Source: the human T2T-CHM13v2.0 reference genome, Homo sapiens. Taken from it: DNA of 64,000 bases. Positions within the stretch are counted from its first letter, which is position 1. The number at the start of each line of letters is the position of its first letter. The DNA lies in the NCBI RefSeq assembly GCF_009914755.1, contig NC_060945.1. The stretch is one strand, 5' to 3'. Below, in pieces: positions 29,517-53,390 of the stretch. The notes beneath the pieces are model-generated. The model saw only the letters and a program-made list of their open reading frames with translations, searched no databases and was not told where the DNA came from. A program made the position numbers and the translations under genes.

Positions 29517-30374
29517 TACTAATCCTGTTAGCTTGTTGTGAAAGTCAAATATACATTAACAATCTTTAAAAATATCAAAATAGAGCATCTCAGTCTCCGA
29601 AACATGTTTTTTCACACGCAGGATTTGACGGTGTCATCAGTCAAATCTCACTGGAAGTTACCCCGCCCCCGGCCATAGCAGGGCCCACGCAGGCAGGCCA
29701 TGTGCTGTGTGACAAGAAGCACAGCAGGCCGACAGTTTACGAGGCGCGCGTGTCTCCAAATGTTATCGACAAACAAACAGAGGACCATGTGCTGCCGGGT
29801 ATCTGTGAGACTTCAGAGAATCTGAAGCCCTGGACCATATTTGTTTGTGGGAAGAGAAATCTGTGCAGTTCCTCTTCCTTTGCCGCCCCTCCCTGCCGCC
29901 TGACTGTCTTCGGTTTTCAGAATCGAGCTCCAGGCCATCTCCATGGAACATCAGACCAAAATAGAACCTCACACTTCACGGGTACTGCACAGAGGCACGT
30001 CCTGCCCATGCAGACCAAGCGGCTGTCCGTGCTCAGCACTTGGCAATTCCTCTCTCTGAAGCAAGGTGCCTTCGACTTTCACGGCTATCACAGAGGCCTT
30101 TCCTGTTCAACAAACGCTGCTTAATCTACTTCCTGCAGGAGGGACACTGGTCTGGACTGCAGAGCACAAGCTTCCACTTGGCATCAGACAGACACGCCTG
30201 AGGTTTATCAAAGGATCTGACTCTGCAACTCCAGCGCTGGCCCTAATTGCCTTTAACATGCCATAGGCCTGCTGTTAGCCACACGCACTTGGCTTTCTCC
30301 AACACCACAGCAGGAATAACCATTTTTTGAACAAGAAGCAGCTCTTGGAACGCTGGAACTTTTATTATTTTTAA

Positions 30375-31728
<1,354 letters not shown>

Positions 31729-31757
31729 TGATAGAGCTATACCTTTTAATAAATTAG

Positions 31758-31955
31758 GCCAGTAGTTCTCAACTGGGTAAGATTTGGCTGCCCAGTGGCC
31801 TTTTGGCAATGTCTGAAGATATGTTTGATGGGCACAACTTGGGGAGGTGGCGTACTATTGTCTCGTAGTGGCTTGCAGGGGTACTGCTAAACATCAACAC
31901 ACAGGACAGCTCCCCACAGCAAAGCATTACCTAGCCCAGATTGTTAATATTGCTA
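31758..31955. mobile_element. MER20-like hAT MITE
   Basis: CAGTAGTTCTCAACTGGG..TTTGGCAATGTCTG..CAGGACAGCTCCCCACAGCAAAG. Confidence 0.75.
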
Positions 31956-32869
31956 GATAAGATCAGTATTCAAAATAAATCACACAAGAACACAAGAGAG
32001 ACTTTTTTGAAACCTCATACAAATACAGTTCTGCAACTTCCTATTCTAGCTTCCCCTTCACTGCTAAGATCTTTTTATAAAAACAGCCACTGAAGGAACT
32101 ATCTTTTTGTCCTAGACATCCTTCCCTTTTTTTCCTACCAATATGTATGAAAACAAATGCTTAAAAAAAAAACCAAAACAGATGAAAGTAGCTCCAGTAA
32201 GACTGCAACCAGAACTCAGGGATGGCAAACAGCCAAGGATAGGAAACTGAGTCTTACAGAGAACACTCAGCATAGACTCTCCTTATGCAGATCCTGGCTT
32301 TCTAAGCCAACGTGGCAACCCATTCAGCAGGCTTCCCTCGTAAACCAAGGAACGGGAGAATGGAGAATGTACTACAGGACCACCTAACAAATTTTCATTA
32401 CAAAAAAATCTCAATGAAGCAGATCACAAAATGTGATCAAGAAACTATAGAAGGTTTGCATGTCACCGTAAAATTCCAATTATCTTATGATTCCACCAAG
32501 ACAAGAAAAAGGACAGGGAGCAGTAACCAGGAAGAGTTGGTGACCTAAGGCAGTGGCTCCCAACCAGGGCTGGACATTAGAAGCAACCACCGGAACAAAT
32601 GCAGACCCAGACCCCATCCCACACTAGGTGACTCATGAGCTCTGAAAAAGGGCCCAGGAACCTCAGCATTCTAGACTACAGCATTCAGTTCTTTCTACTC
32701 GAGAAAGGAAAATATGAACAAGCTGTAATTCACAAACTTAGTTATCAGGTAATTCACCTGTTGCAGACTGAGGTGGCGTAGAAGGCAGGGAGAATACTGA
32801 AAAAGAGCAATCTCTGGTCATAGGCCAGGGAATCCTCATGTCCCCCATAAGAGAATGGCTTCAGGTACA

Positions 32870-33380
<511 letters not shown>

Positions 33381-33983
33381 CTAAGTTCCAAATAACTTGG
33401 TTCCAGGCCCTAATCTTCGCCACTAGGCTGTGATGCTTCTACATAGAAGAAACAAACCTCTCTATGAGAAAGCAGTTCAGAAATAATCCAACTTTGAAAG
33501 CTAATCCCATACTCACTCAGGGTCCTTAAGGGAGGACCTGGCCAAGTCTGACCACTTGAGTTTGTGAGACTGTGGAGCTCTGCAGGACAAGCCTCCAGCA
33601 GCCAGGTAGCAGCCAGCACTCACGTGGACCCCAAGGTCCCTGAGACCCAGCAAGGCTCTCTGTCGAGGACACCAATCATCCACCTTAACTTACTCCCATC
33701 AAACCTCAAACCTGCCACTCAGGATGTTTCCTATTTTTGTTACTTCTAAATTTAGACTAAGGCTGTAGTCCATCCTGCCCGTTGTACAAAATTTTCTCGG
33801 TTGTTTTCTATTTTAACTGCAGTGGTCTGCTGATACTGCTTTATCTCTGCCCCATCACAGAGCAATCTTTCAGTTATTTTATCCTGTTTATTTGCCTCCA
33901 CTTTTATCTTCCACTGTTAAGTGGGGACTAGGAAGCAGAAGCAATCAGAAGGCAGATAGGCAGAGACCCAGGTGGGGAAGTGA

Positions 33984-35997
<2,014 letters not shown>

Positions 35998-36044
35998 CTA
36001 TCCTTAAAAAAACAAATTGTGAGCAATCTCAGTCATACTTTACA

Positions 36045-36260
36045 TCAGGGACAGCGAATTTGATGTGTAAAGGGCCATAGAGTAAACACTTTTGGCTTTG
36101 TAGACCCTAAGTCCTTGTCACAACGACTCAACTCTGCCATTACAGAAGGAAAACAGCCAGAGACAAGGTGTAAATGAATGGCATGACTGTGTTCCAATAA
36201 AACTTTATTTACAAAAACAGGTGGTGGGCTGCTTTTAGCCTATGGATTATAGTTTACCCA
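36045..36260. mobile_element. MER58-like MITE
   Basis: GACTGTGTTCCAATAAAACTTTATTTACAAAAACAGG core. Confidence 0.75.
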
Positions 36261-37400
36261 CCTCTTTTTTTTTTTATATCTGTAACCCAGAAGAAGGGCT
36301 CAGACAGAAGAAAAAAATCCAAAGAAAGTTGAGTACACACTGTTGCTTATAGCACATATGTGCAAGCTTATAAAATCCTTTAAATAATCTAATCTAACAT
36401 AATATGTCTCATTCAAAGTCATATTCCAGAAACAACTCTATCTGTGAACCGTTTTATGGGATCGATCCTGCCATCTTGTGGTCACATGAAATAACAGCCT
36501 TTATAGTCTTCATTCTCCTTTACTAAGGGTACACAACTCACTGGAGCCACTTTTCAAAAATTTGATTGGGATGTGGGGACCACAATAACATAATGAGTCA
36601 AGGAAGTCAACTGTAACTGAGAGCAATCAATTTTCTGAAGCTTCAACTTGTCAAAATCTTCCAAGGAGCCAATGGACAAAAGAATGAGGGGTCCAACTTC
36701 CTTAGCAAGCCAAGCTTCAGAAAATGATTTGAAAAACAACAATAGCAGGGCAAGAATATCCAACTACCCAAGAGCCTTCCATTTCAGATTTTGAACAGAA
36801 CGCTCCTTTTGTATCCCAAGCTTTGAAAAGAGAAAATAATGACAAAACCCCAACTTACTAAATCAACCCAAACCCGAGAACCCGGTCATGGAGAAATAAA
36901 TGATAGTAATCTATGCTGTTCATCTGTTCCATCACTCACTCACTCTCTTGCTGAACAAGAAAGGGCCACCCATGTAGCAAACCACATGTAAAGAGCCGGG
37001 AAGACAAAAATGAGGAATATAAACCCAGTCTCAGGAAACACATTTAGGCGAAAAGAGAGACACAAGCAAGTAAGAATCGCATGATCTAATGAGGGCCCAT
37101 ATGGAAGTCAAATTTGCAGGGTTGTGGGGGCCCAGAGGAGAGAGCTAACTCTATGGGGTCCCAGGAAGACTTCGAAAGGCAGGTGGCACTCACGCTGCTT
37201 CTAGTAGAATGAGCACAGGTTGCCAGAAGGAGCGGGGAGAGGAAGGAAGGGCAGGGCAGGGGGGTCACTGAAGCGCTCGGGTTCAGTCTTCAGGTTGAAA
37301 AAGTCCAAAAGACAAACAGAGCTCTGCACACATTTCCACTCTGGGCCTCTCAGCATCTCAGCTCACGTCCTTCTCTCAGACAGCAGGAAAGCAGGGCTGA

Positions 37401-37803
<403 letters not shown>

Positions 37804-38140
37804 AATTCCCAACACTTCTGTGCCTCTGTATCTCTATCCACAGCAAAGTCTTCTAAATATTCACCTTTCCCCAAAATGAGAAACAGCAGAAGCATTATAA
37901 AGCTGCCCATGGGTGACAGGTGGATCTGTAGCAAAACAGTTCTATGAGAAAATAAAGTTCCCTGCGCCTTTGAAATTTCAACAGGAAATGCAGGGCCAGT
38001 CATCAGCCCATCTTGCACACACATTTTATACCACCTGCCAGACAGAGGCACTCACTGAAACACACAAGCCGCATGATAAACTCCCCGGGTCGTGGCACAA
38101 CGGAGTTCAGACTCGCCCCCAGCACCCTGCACAGCCATAC

Positions 38141-38365
38141 CTGGGTTGCTGGTGAGAAAGGCGAGGGGGCTCTCGCCAAGGTCGGCAGGGCCGTCCACTC
38201 GGTGGGGCGGGCTTTCCAGCAGCTCCACTCCTTCCTCCAGCTCGGGGTAGGTCCTCACCAGGAGGCCCAGCGAGGGCTGTGAGAGGAAATCTTTGAGCAT
38301 AGAAGAGTTCAGGGCGTCAGCAGCACGATTATTGATCTCAAGAATCTCATCTCCTGCTTTCAGGC
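38141..38365 (-). CDS. TIAM1: TIAM1 coding exon, PDZ C-terminal half and linker (G-LKAGDEILEINN...AFLTSNP-G), 225 nt, phase 1-1
   Basis: Inside ORF 38052..38465; PDZ GLKAGDEILEIN motif; acceptor ggcag|GC, donor CCAG|gtatgg. Confidence 0.97.
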
Positions 38366-39268
38366 CTGCCAACGCAAGATGGAAAATTTTTAATTTCACA
38401 CACATTATCAGAACACAACAGCTTAGGAGCTCTGCTATAAAGGGCACACCTGCTGTGGGTCTCACAGCCCCAGGTGCTGCTGCAGACAGGCTGCGGTGCT
38501 CGGGAGTGATCCTCAGGAGAGGACAGGGGCCTCAGGTTCTGAAGGTTCTAGATTTGCAGGTTACAACATGCCTAGCTGGTCCTTCATACATCAAGCAAAC
38601 AAACTTACTCCTTCATTAATTTGTGTGTTCCAAGCATCTGCAAATTTCTCACAAATGCTAATTAATTCCGGTTATCTTCCTACACTTTTGGGGCGGGGCG
38701 AGCGGGGAATGGCAGTGCTCTCTGATGACTGCCATCACTGTGTTTTGTACATGTTCATGCCTCAGTGCACACTTAAGTCACAGCCAGCTAATATCTATTG
38801 ATTATTTCCAAGGAACCAAAATGCAGGGCGTTCACTCTGGCTATGAGGACAGAAGTAAGAATGTCTCATTCCAAATACACTTAGAGATGACAGTTTCAAG
38901 AACCCAATGCAATCATTTTGTCCTTTTTTGTTTTGTTTTCAAACTACATCTGAACCTTGGGATGAATCTCTTTTGGTAGATCCCCAAAGGATCTGCTAGG
39001 GGAATTGCCAAAATTTGGGACCCAAGGGAACGACCATGAACAAGCCCAACCTAGAAGAACAGCAAGTTGAGACACCAAGGTGCAGTTCAAACTCGCACTG
39101 GAAGAACATTCCAGCAGCCTGAGAAATGGAGAGGGTGGGAAGAACATGAAAGAAAATAAAATAATCCTTTCAGCTAGGGAGAGAAAAGGAGCCCAATTTC
39201 TAATTTTATACACCAATATGGAAAAACCAACTTGAAAAAGGGAGTGAGCGAAGGGCAGGCAAAGATAA

Positions 39269-40222
<954 letters not shown>

Positions 40223-40965
40223 TCACTCTTGCATCTGTTGAGAACAGAGCAAGGGGGTTAGTACAGATGACCGTTCATCTTCATTTAACACCAGGGCTCT
40301 CAGATTCAAAGACCTAAAACAGGATGTGACTGAAACCAGAGCAGTAGATTCCCCACCCCCGTGCCACGCAAACCGGCACACTCGTTGTGATGAAAGAGAT
40401 AAAAATCAGTCTTTGGGCTTGAAGGGGAAGAAATCCTGTCATCTCTGCTCTTAGCTGAGATACAGCTCAGTGACTGGGTCAAACTCTGGCCCCAGGCTGC
40501 CTATGGCCTAGAAAGTATAGAAGGAACAAGAAGGAAAATGCTCCTCTGTGACAGTCAGCAGCAGATAAATTATCCTGACTTTATTTCTCACTCGTCACAC
40601 CTTTGCCTTTCCATGCATAGCCAAGTCCGCGGTTGTGCTTTTCCAGTGTTTACAGGACAGGTCAATATAACCTGCACAGGTAGCTTTGCAAGCCATGAAC
40701 TACCCAGAACTCAGCTGAACCAGGACAAAAAAGGCAGTGGCGAAGATCAGCACTCAATTTCCCTTCTCTGCTCCATTCAGCAGTAGTTAACACAACAGAT
40801 GCAAGGTAAGTACATCTAAGCACAGTTGATCTGGATGTGTTGATCTCTGACGTTCAATACATATTATTTTGCCACTTCTTGGATGAAACTACAAATCCCA
40901 TAGCAAGAAGAAAGAAACAAAGGTGGATTTCCAGCCCTACCTACCTGTCCCATTTATTTACAGCG

Positions 40966-41795
40966 AGTATAGTGGGTCGAATAGAGTCCCTGTCCACCTA
41001 GAATGTCAGAATGCAACCTTCTTTGGAAATAGGGATAGATATATATCACAGATGAAATTGTAATAATATAATCATTGTAATTATATAATAATTGCACATC
41101 ATAATTATATATAATTATGCTATATAATTATATATAATTATGTTATATAATTATATATAATTATATTAACGATTATTATATAATGTATTAATATATTCTA
41201 TATTTATATATTATATGCTTATATATTTATATATAATATGCTAATATAATATATTATGCCATTATATATTATATATTAATATAATATATTATATATTAAT
41301 ATAATATATTATATATCATATAGCTATATATTATATTAATATATTATATATCATTATATGATAATTATATTATAATAATTACAATATCATCATTATAATT
41401 ATATAATAATTACACATAATTATATACTATTACACACGAAAGTTACAATGAACTCACAATGATTTAGTGTAGGTCCTAAATCCAATGACTGGTGTTCTTA
41501 TAAGAAAGCCATGTTAATGACACAGAGACACACACAGGGCAGAAGCCATGTGACTTCAGGCAGAGATTGGAGTGATACAGCCATAAGCCACAGAATGCCA
41601 AGTGCTGCTTTCACACCAGAAACCAGAAGGAGGCATGAAGCCATTCTTCCCTCAGAGGCTTCAGAGAAATCAATCTTGCCAATACCTTAATTTCAGACTT
41701 CTGGCCTCCTAAACGGCGAGAGGATAAATTTCTGTTATTTTAAGCCACCCAGTGTGTAACAGTTTATTACAGTAGCTCTAAGAAATTAGCACTGT
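40966..41795 (+). mobile_element. MLT1B/C-like LTR containing a ~400-bp AT-rich expansion (41040-41435)
   Basis: TTTGGAAATAGGG..[AT tract]..CCTAAATCCAATGACTGGTGTTCTTATAAG..GGCAGAGATTGGAGTGAT..TTTTAAGCCACCCAGT. Confidence 0.82.
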
Positions 41796-42247
41796 GAGCA
41801 AATCATCTAGGTTGCAAAGACTTTCCAGGGGTAGAAAAAGGATGAAGAGTTGGGGTTCCCCAAGTAGCCCAAATGCATTATAGGCCATTTAAGGGCTAAA
41901 ATGAAACAGGCAGGATGTAGCGGGGAAGCGCTCTCTAAAGAAGGGGAGGGAGGCTGGATCTCAAATCCCTAGGTTCTCAACTTTCGCAGATTCTTCTATG
42001 AACGGAAGCAACAGAACAACTGGTTTGAAAGAGCTCTGCAGGCTCAGGCAATAGCCAATGTCAGCTTTGACCAGTGTGGACCAAAGTACAGAGGGGTCTT
42101 CCCCCATGCTCTGCTCCAGGAAGAACCCCCCCAGGATCCCCACACCATCCTAGAAGATGGAGAAGGACGACCACATGATTAGAATGGAATTTCCCACCAG
42201 CCCCAGGGTAATGGGCTCAATCAGTTTAAAATCCAAAAATGAGTGAC

Positions 42248-42525
42248 TTGAGAGGCTGAGACAGGAGGATCGCTTGAGCCCAGGAGCTCAAGAACAGCCG
42301 GGGCAACACAGCAAGACCCCTGACTCTGAAAAATAAATAAGTAAATAAATTAGTCAGGTGTGGTGGCATGCACCTGTACTCCCCTAGCGACCTGGGGGGC
42401 TGAGGTGAGAGGGTGGCTTGAGCCCAGGATTTCGATGCTACAGTGACCTATGATTGCGCCACTGGACTCCAGCCTGGGTGATAGAGCAAGACCTTGTCTC
42501 TAAAAATTAAAAAAAGAAAAAAAAA
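42248..42525 (+). mobile_element. AluJ, 5' truncated
   Basis: GGAGGATCGCTTGAGCCCAGGAG. Confidence 0.87.
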
Positions 42526-42720
42526 GTTCAAGAATATGACCTTTCTGGTACACTTAAGTTAATGGAATAAAATGCATATTCCCTGGAAGGGTTTTCAATG
42601 AGAAAATGTTCAAATACTTTCCACAAATGAATCCTTTGGGCATATCTTTCTCCTTCAAAAACTAGAGAAGCCCCAAAGGGCATTTAAGACAGACAGACCA
42701 GCCCTCCTTCACTGACTTAC

Positions 42721-42807
42721 CTTTCTTGGAAGCTAAACCGGTTTCCTTCACACTATTCACGTACAGCCTTCGAATACCATCTTCTTCCACAGAAGAAAGT
42801 GAAAACC
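42721..42807 (-). CDS. TIAM1: TIAM1 coding exon, PDZ domain (G-FSLSSVEEDGIRRLYVNSVKETGLASKK-G), 87 nt, phase 1-1
   Basis: Acceptor tttcacag|GG, donor AAAG|gtaagt; completes the PDZ YGFSL carboxylate-binding loop across the junction. Confidence 0.96.
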
Positions 42808-44288
42808 CTGTGAAACACAAAAAGACAGAATGGCAGGGCTCACACCTTCTGAATGTTTAGCAAACAACAGGAAGTGCCTGCTGTGAACTAGGTATGTTTC
42901 ATGTTTGTCATTATAGTTTGGACTGATTGTTTTTTCTTGTTTTACATAGCAGAAAAGTGTATTTTTAGATCACTCTGGAAGTCACTACTTGTAAAAATAA
43001 AGATTACTATGTACGTCTATCTTCATATTACCTACCAATCAACTCAAAGGAAAGCAAATTATTTTGTTTAATCTTGCTTCCTGGTAAACGCCATCATTTT
43101 TTCTTTTCCATACTCTCCTCCAAAGCAGAAAACAGAAAGATTAGCTTACCTCAAAGTCCCCAGACGTTTTTCATCAAATCTATGTCCTAGAATATGTTAA
43201 CAACTGTACTGTTGGAGGGTGTGTGTTCATCCATATGTATGACTATATGGACACTGCTTTAATACAATTCTGCAAACAGGAGCAAGATGCAACTCACATT
43301 ACGAATCTGTAATGTGAATTACACATTACAGAAACTGTACCTGATTTCACACTCTAGCAGTATCTGATCATAAGATTATCTTATACTTCTCTGGGCTCCC
43401 AGAGCTCAAAGCCAACTTGCTAATTAACCCTGGGCTCTGCTACATACTTCAGAGAGGAAAGCAGAGTGAGGCCGAGGTATTCTACGTGGCTTGAGGATCC
43501 TAGGTACTCAAAACTCTATGGTTACAAGTCCTGGTCACTCCTGTTTCCAGACCGCCTCATGTAAAACTCTTTCCTAATCAATTACTTTGAATGTCCACAG
43601 TGAATACCTACTTTGCTAAGGGAAAGAAATACCTTTGCAGATATTTCTAAAAAGGGCAAGGGGAACACATGTCATTGTATATATCTGCAATAATTTCAGC
43701 TCTGGGAAAAAAATCATCCCATAATATAGATACCCATCGTAATGCTGAGGGGAGAGCAGTGGTTGAAAAAAAAACAAGCAGGCAAATAGCAAAACAGAAT
43801 TTTGTAAGATTGGGTTCCAGGGAGTCATTGAGCCTTTTTAGGCCATGTCATGATGAACACATGGTTTTTTGTTTAGTTTACAGGACCAGGAAATGGATAA
43901 CCTCACATAGGCAAAAAGGCTAATTGCCATCGCCCTCTCAAGTACCGTAACACCCTCAGATAGGGAACAGCAGAGGGCCACCCGTGAGGACTTTCCAAAG
44001 TCTTCATTTCATTCTCTTATTTTAAATTCTCTTCTTTCAGCAACTTCTAACTTTCAGATTAAGTGTCAAGAAGCCCTGCTGAAATCAAAATATTTTTACA
44101 CAAGAACCATTTAAGTTACATTAGCCTTAACACAGGTGTATTTATCTGCATTTTAGTGGAAATTAAAAAAAAATCTATTAGGCGAGATAGAATCAAGGGC
44201 TACGTCATAGGAAAGAATGAATAGGATTCATCTAACTATTGGAATTTCCTTTTTGAAATGCCATCATTCTACTACATTCTGAGACCAA

Positions 44289-48375
<4,087 letters not shown>

Positions 48376-48384
48376 TTAAGCGAG

Positions 48385-48746
48385 CATATGAGGTAGTCTT
48401 TATGTCTTTCCACCGGGAACTTTGTTCTCCTTCTACCAAACAGTAGAATCACACTTCAGTGCTCCCTCGTAGGTAGGTATGGCTGTGTGACTTGCTTTGG
48501 CCAATGAATTGGGAGTGGGACAACACCTGCTTTCCCATCTCCCCTTCCCCCTCTGCAGAGTGACAAGCACTGTCCCAGGTGGCAGCTGCTCCAGACCTGG
48601 GTGTGGAATGAGGACAACGTATGGAGTCCCAGCCAACCCACAAGGGACGCGTGGTGAATGTGAGAAATAAATGTCACTGTTTCGAGCCACCGGGCTTTGG
48701 TGGCTGTCTGTTACCTCAGCTAACCTCGCCACTCCTGACTGATACA
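48385..48746 (+). mobile_element. MLT1J-like LTR
   Basis: TGTGACTTGCTTTGGCCAATGAA..GTGAGAAATAAA..CCTGACTGATACA. Confidence 0.75.
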
Positions 48747-48881
48747 GCACAGCATGGATTTTCCTCACTTAATTTACTCAGGCACCAACTCTGTTACTAT
48801 TCAAGCCATACAGTGTAATGCTAAGTAAAGAAGACTGGTCTTAAACATATGGAAAGGAATATATATTTAACTCCGCCAGAA

Positions 48882-50088
48882 TGTAGACAACCGCATAGGA
48901 AAGCGTTAACACAGCAGGCATGACTGCTATTCTTCGAAAGGCCCGCTTACAAATTTGAACCTTGGCTGGTATCCTGAGAACTTGGATTTTGGGAGGGTTC
49001 CCAACACCCTGAGTGGCTCACAGTGCCTAAACTGTGGTACAAACAATGGGATTTATGGTGAACGCCTACTTTCCTCCTGGGAGTCTGGAATTTTGGTGCA
49101 TGCTAGGCAGAGGGTGCCTAGGGAACCAGCCTCCCCAGAAAAGCCCTGGGCACTGACTCTCTAACCACCTTCCCTAGGAGAGAGCATTTCTCAGGTGTCC
49201 TCACAACTTGGTGCTGCAGGAGTTATCCTCATTCTACGTGACTCCACTGAAACAGGGCCCGCTGAAGCTCACACCTGGTTTCCCCTAGACTTCACTCCAT
49301 GCGCCTTTTCCCTTTGCTGATTTTGCTTTGTGTTGATACAGGAGTTAAGATGAAATGATTTAGGCAGAGAGCGAGGAGAAGAAAATCCTCAGTAACATTT
49401 TCCTTTTAATGAAAAGCAACCCCCAAATAATTTTTTTTTGTAACAAAAAGCAGCCTGTAAAATCAAGCTGCACACACAGACAAGCAAGCTGGAAGCTTAC
49501 ACCGGTGAGTGCCGGCAGTGTGAATCGGGAAAAGCTAGCTGGGACTAAGCATGTTCAAAATGGCGGCTCCATCCTCTCTTCTCTTTGTCAGCCATGCGTA
49601 CAGTAAGAAGCAGTGAACATGGCCCCCGCCAGGCAAAGACTCCATTTGCATAATAAAGATTAGGATAGGGCAGCCAGCTTCCATGCGTGCTGTGTAGACC
49701 TCACACCTGGTCCAAACAATCTGTGGGCCTTATGTAAATCAGACACCGCCTCCTCAAGCCTGGCTATACAAATCCAGTGCATTCCGCCGCTGGCCGGAAG
49801 ACCCACTCGGGCACCCCTCTCTCTCTGCAGGAGAGAGAGCTATTCTCCTTTCTCTTTTTTTTTGCCTGTTAAACCTCTACTCCTAAACCCACTTCTTGTG
49901 TGTCCGCATCCTCGATTCCCTTGGCATGAGACAACGAACCGTGGGTATTTACCCAAGACAACGAAGCCGCTTCAGTATAATTTGCTATTAAAAAAATCAT
50001 AGTTGTGAGTATGACCAGAGGCTGAGCTCTGTGGGTCTTCCTAGTGAATCAGCAAACCTAGGGATGGTCTTGGGGACCCCCCTACACA
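48882..50088 (+). mobile_element. MER77/MER21-group LTR split by a nested LTR
   Basis: GTTAACACAGCAGGCATGACTGCTAT..GGGAGTCTGGAATTTTGGT..GGTCTTGGGGACCCCC. Confidence 0.68.
49334..49974 (+). mobile_element. ERV1 solo LTR, LTR9/LTR9B-like, 641 bp
   Basis: TG...CA termini (TGATACAGGAGTTAAG ... GCCGCTTCA), 4-bp TSD GTGT/GTAT. Confidence 0.78.
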
Positions 50089-50240
50089 CCACCAAAATAG
50101 TTCCTTTAACATTATTTGTATGGGAAGGGAGGATAATGTAGGATAATGGCTTACTTATTTTGAGATTTCTCAAAATTTATAGTTTTCGGGAGGGGGTGTA
50201 AAAGAATAATTCCTACATTACTAAGGTACATCATAGTATA

Positions 50241-50683
50241 TGTTAAACAAAAATTATGGGAGGTCATTGTTGTGAACTGAGTTCCTGCATTATGCCCGAA
50301 AGGCCAGATCAAATAAAAATGGAATCACTCATGCTGGATGCCACATAATCAAACTAAAACTTTCAGGAAGCAAGTAGATCCCCAAACAGACCAGTTTTTC
50401 CTGAAAACATGAGATTCCGGTCTACCTGAGTCAACAAAATAAGTAGGTCCCCTCTGCTTTAACCCTTACAAAAAAGTAACCTGAAGTAAGCTAAGTTAAA
50501 CAATCAGTTTTCTTCTTCCACTGTTCTGTTTCCTTGTCGCCAACTTACAAACATCACTGTTCTGCCACTGCCCAGAGGGAGCTCTCATTCTATTTTGTAG
50601 AATGGAGGCTATCCCATGCATGAATCACAAATAAAAGCCAGTCAGATTTATAACTAAACTTGTTGTAATTTTATCTTTTGACA
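50241..50683 (+). mobile_element. ERV1/MER4-group solo LTR (LTR37-like; subfamily uncertain)
   Basis: TGTTAAA...TTTTGACA termini, TATA/TATA 4-bp TSD, AATAAA near the right end. Confidence 0.7.
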
Positions 50684-50944
50684 TATAAAATAAGCTACCC
50701 ACTTCCTTTTTAGGACAGTAGAATCCCAGTAATTAAAGTTATGAAATTTAACACCAAAGTCTACATCGTACCCAGAGTAAATATCCCTGTTATTCCCTAG
50801 TGTGGCTGCCCTCCACAGAGCAGGAGCCAGATATACTATCTGTTTTAGATAGGACTCAAAGGCATTTTGTTGAACTGTAAATAAATGCATGCTTACATAA
50901 GAAATACTTTACCTTAAAACACAAACAAAGAAAAATAAACTTAC

Positions 50945-51026
50945 CGTAAGTATCAGCAGCTGTATCTGACTTCTCAATGTGGATGCTCTGAGTGACTTTT
51001 GGACAGATTTCAATTTCTTTGTACAG
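50945..51026 (-). CDS. TIAM1: TIAM1 coding exon, RBD end/PDZ start (LYKEIEICPKVTQSIHIEKSDTAADTY-G), 82 nt, phase 0-1
   Basis: Acceptor ctttcag|CTG, donor TACG|gtaagt; frame continues from the previous exon. Confidence 0.96.
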
Positions 51027-51584
51027 CTGAAAGTTACAAAGGGGAATCTAATTAGAATTTCATTATAACTAACTTTTAAAAATGGTCATCATTTCATAAA
51101 TCTATTTTTTCACAATTGATACTTACGTGAATTTGCACTTCACAATCTTATCATTAAACGAAACTCATTAAAAGTAAAAAGTAAAAGTAAAAACTTCCAG
51201 CTGTCGTCCTCAAACATAGCCACAGTTTGGTTTCTAAGTAATTCCTCCACATCACTCTGTCTGTCTATTCCTACCCAATGTCTATCACAGACCTGAAAAA
51301 TAATGCTAAAGTAATGGAGATCTCTAGTTGTGGGGAGAAAAAGTTTATTAAAATCAAGAAGAGGTTATAAAGATCTTGGTATGGAATTCATGGAAATAAG
51401 ATAAATCTCTATGCTTCCATTCAAAAAGTTCATCATAGTACAAATAAGTAGAGACAAATGATAGCATTGAAACAGAAAACAAATTACGTAAAGGAGGATA
51501 TTCTTTTTTTTAGCCACTGAACTGTATCGAAATTAGCTAGAAAACTGAAGTACACAAATTAATCAGCCTTCTAAAAGCCCAAGA

Positions 51585-53000
<1,416 letters not shown>

Positions 53001-53061
53001 GCTGGAAAAAGAGCTTTGTACAAAGTCAAGATAAGAATGATGCAGAGTTCACACATCATAA

Positions 53062-53390
<329 letters not shown>

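Noticed and set aside
43150-43186. Possible 37-nt poison exon (ttctag|GAC...GAG|gtaagc) before the PDZ exon
   Set aside because: Strong donor but poor polypyrimidine tract; such pseudo-exons are common and there is no independent support
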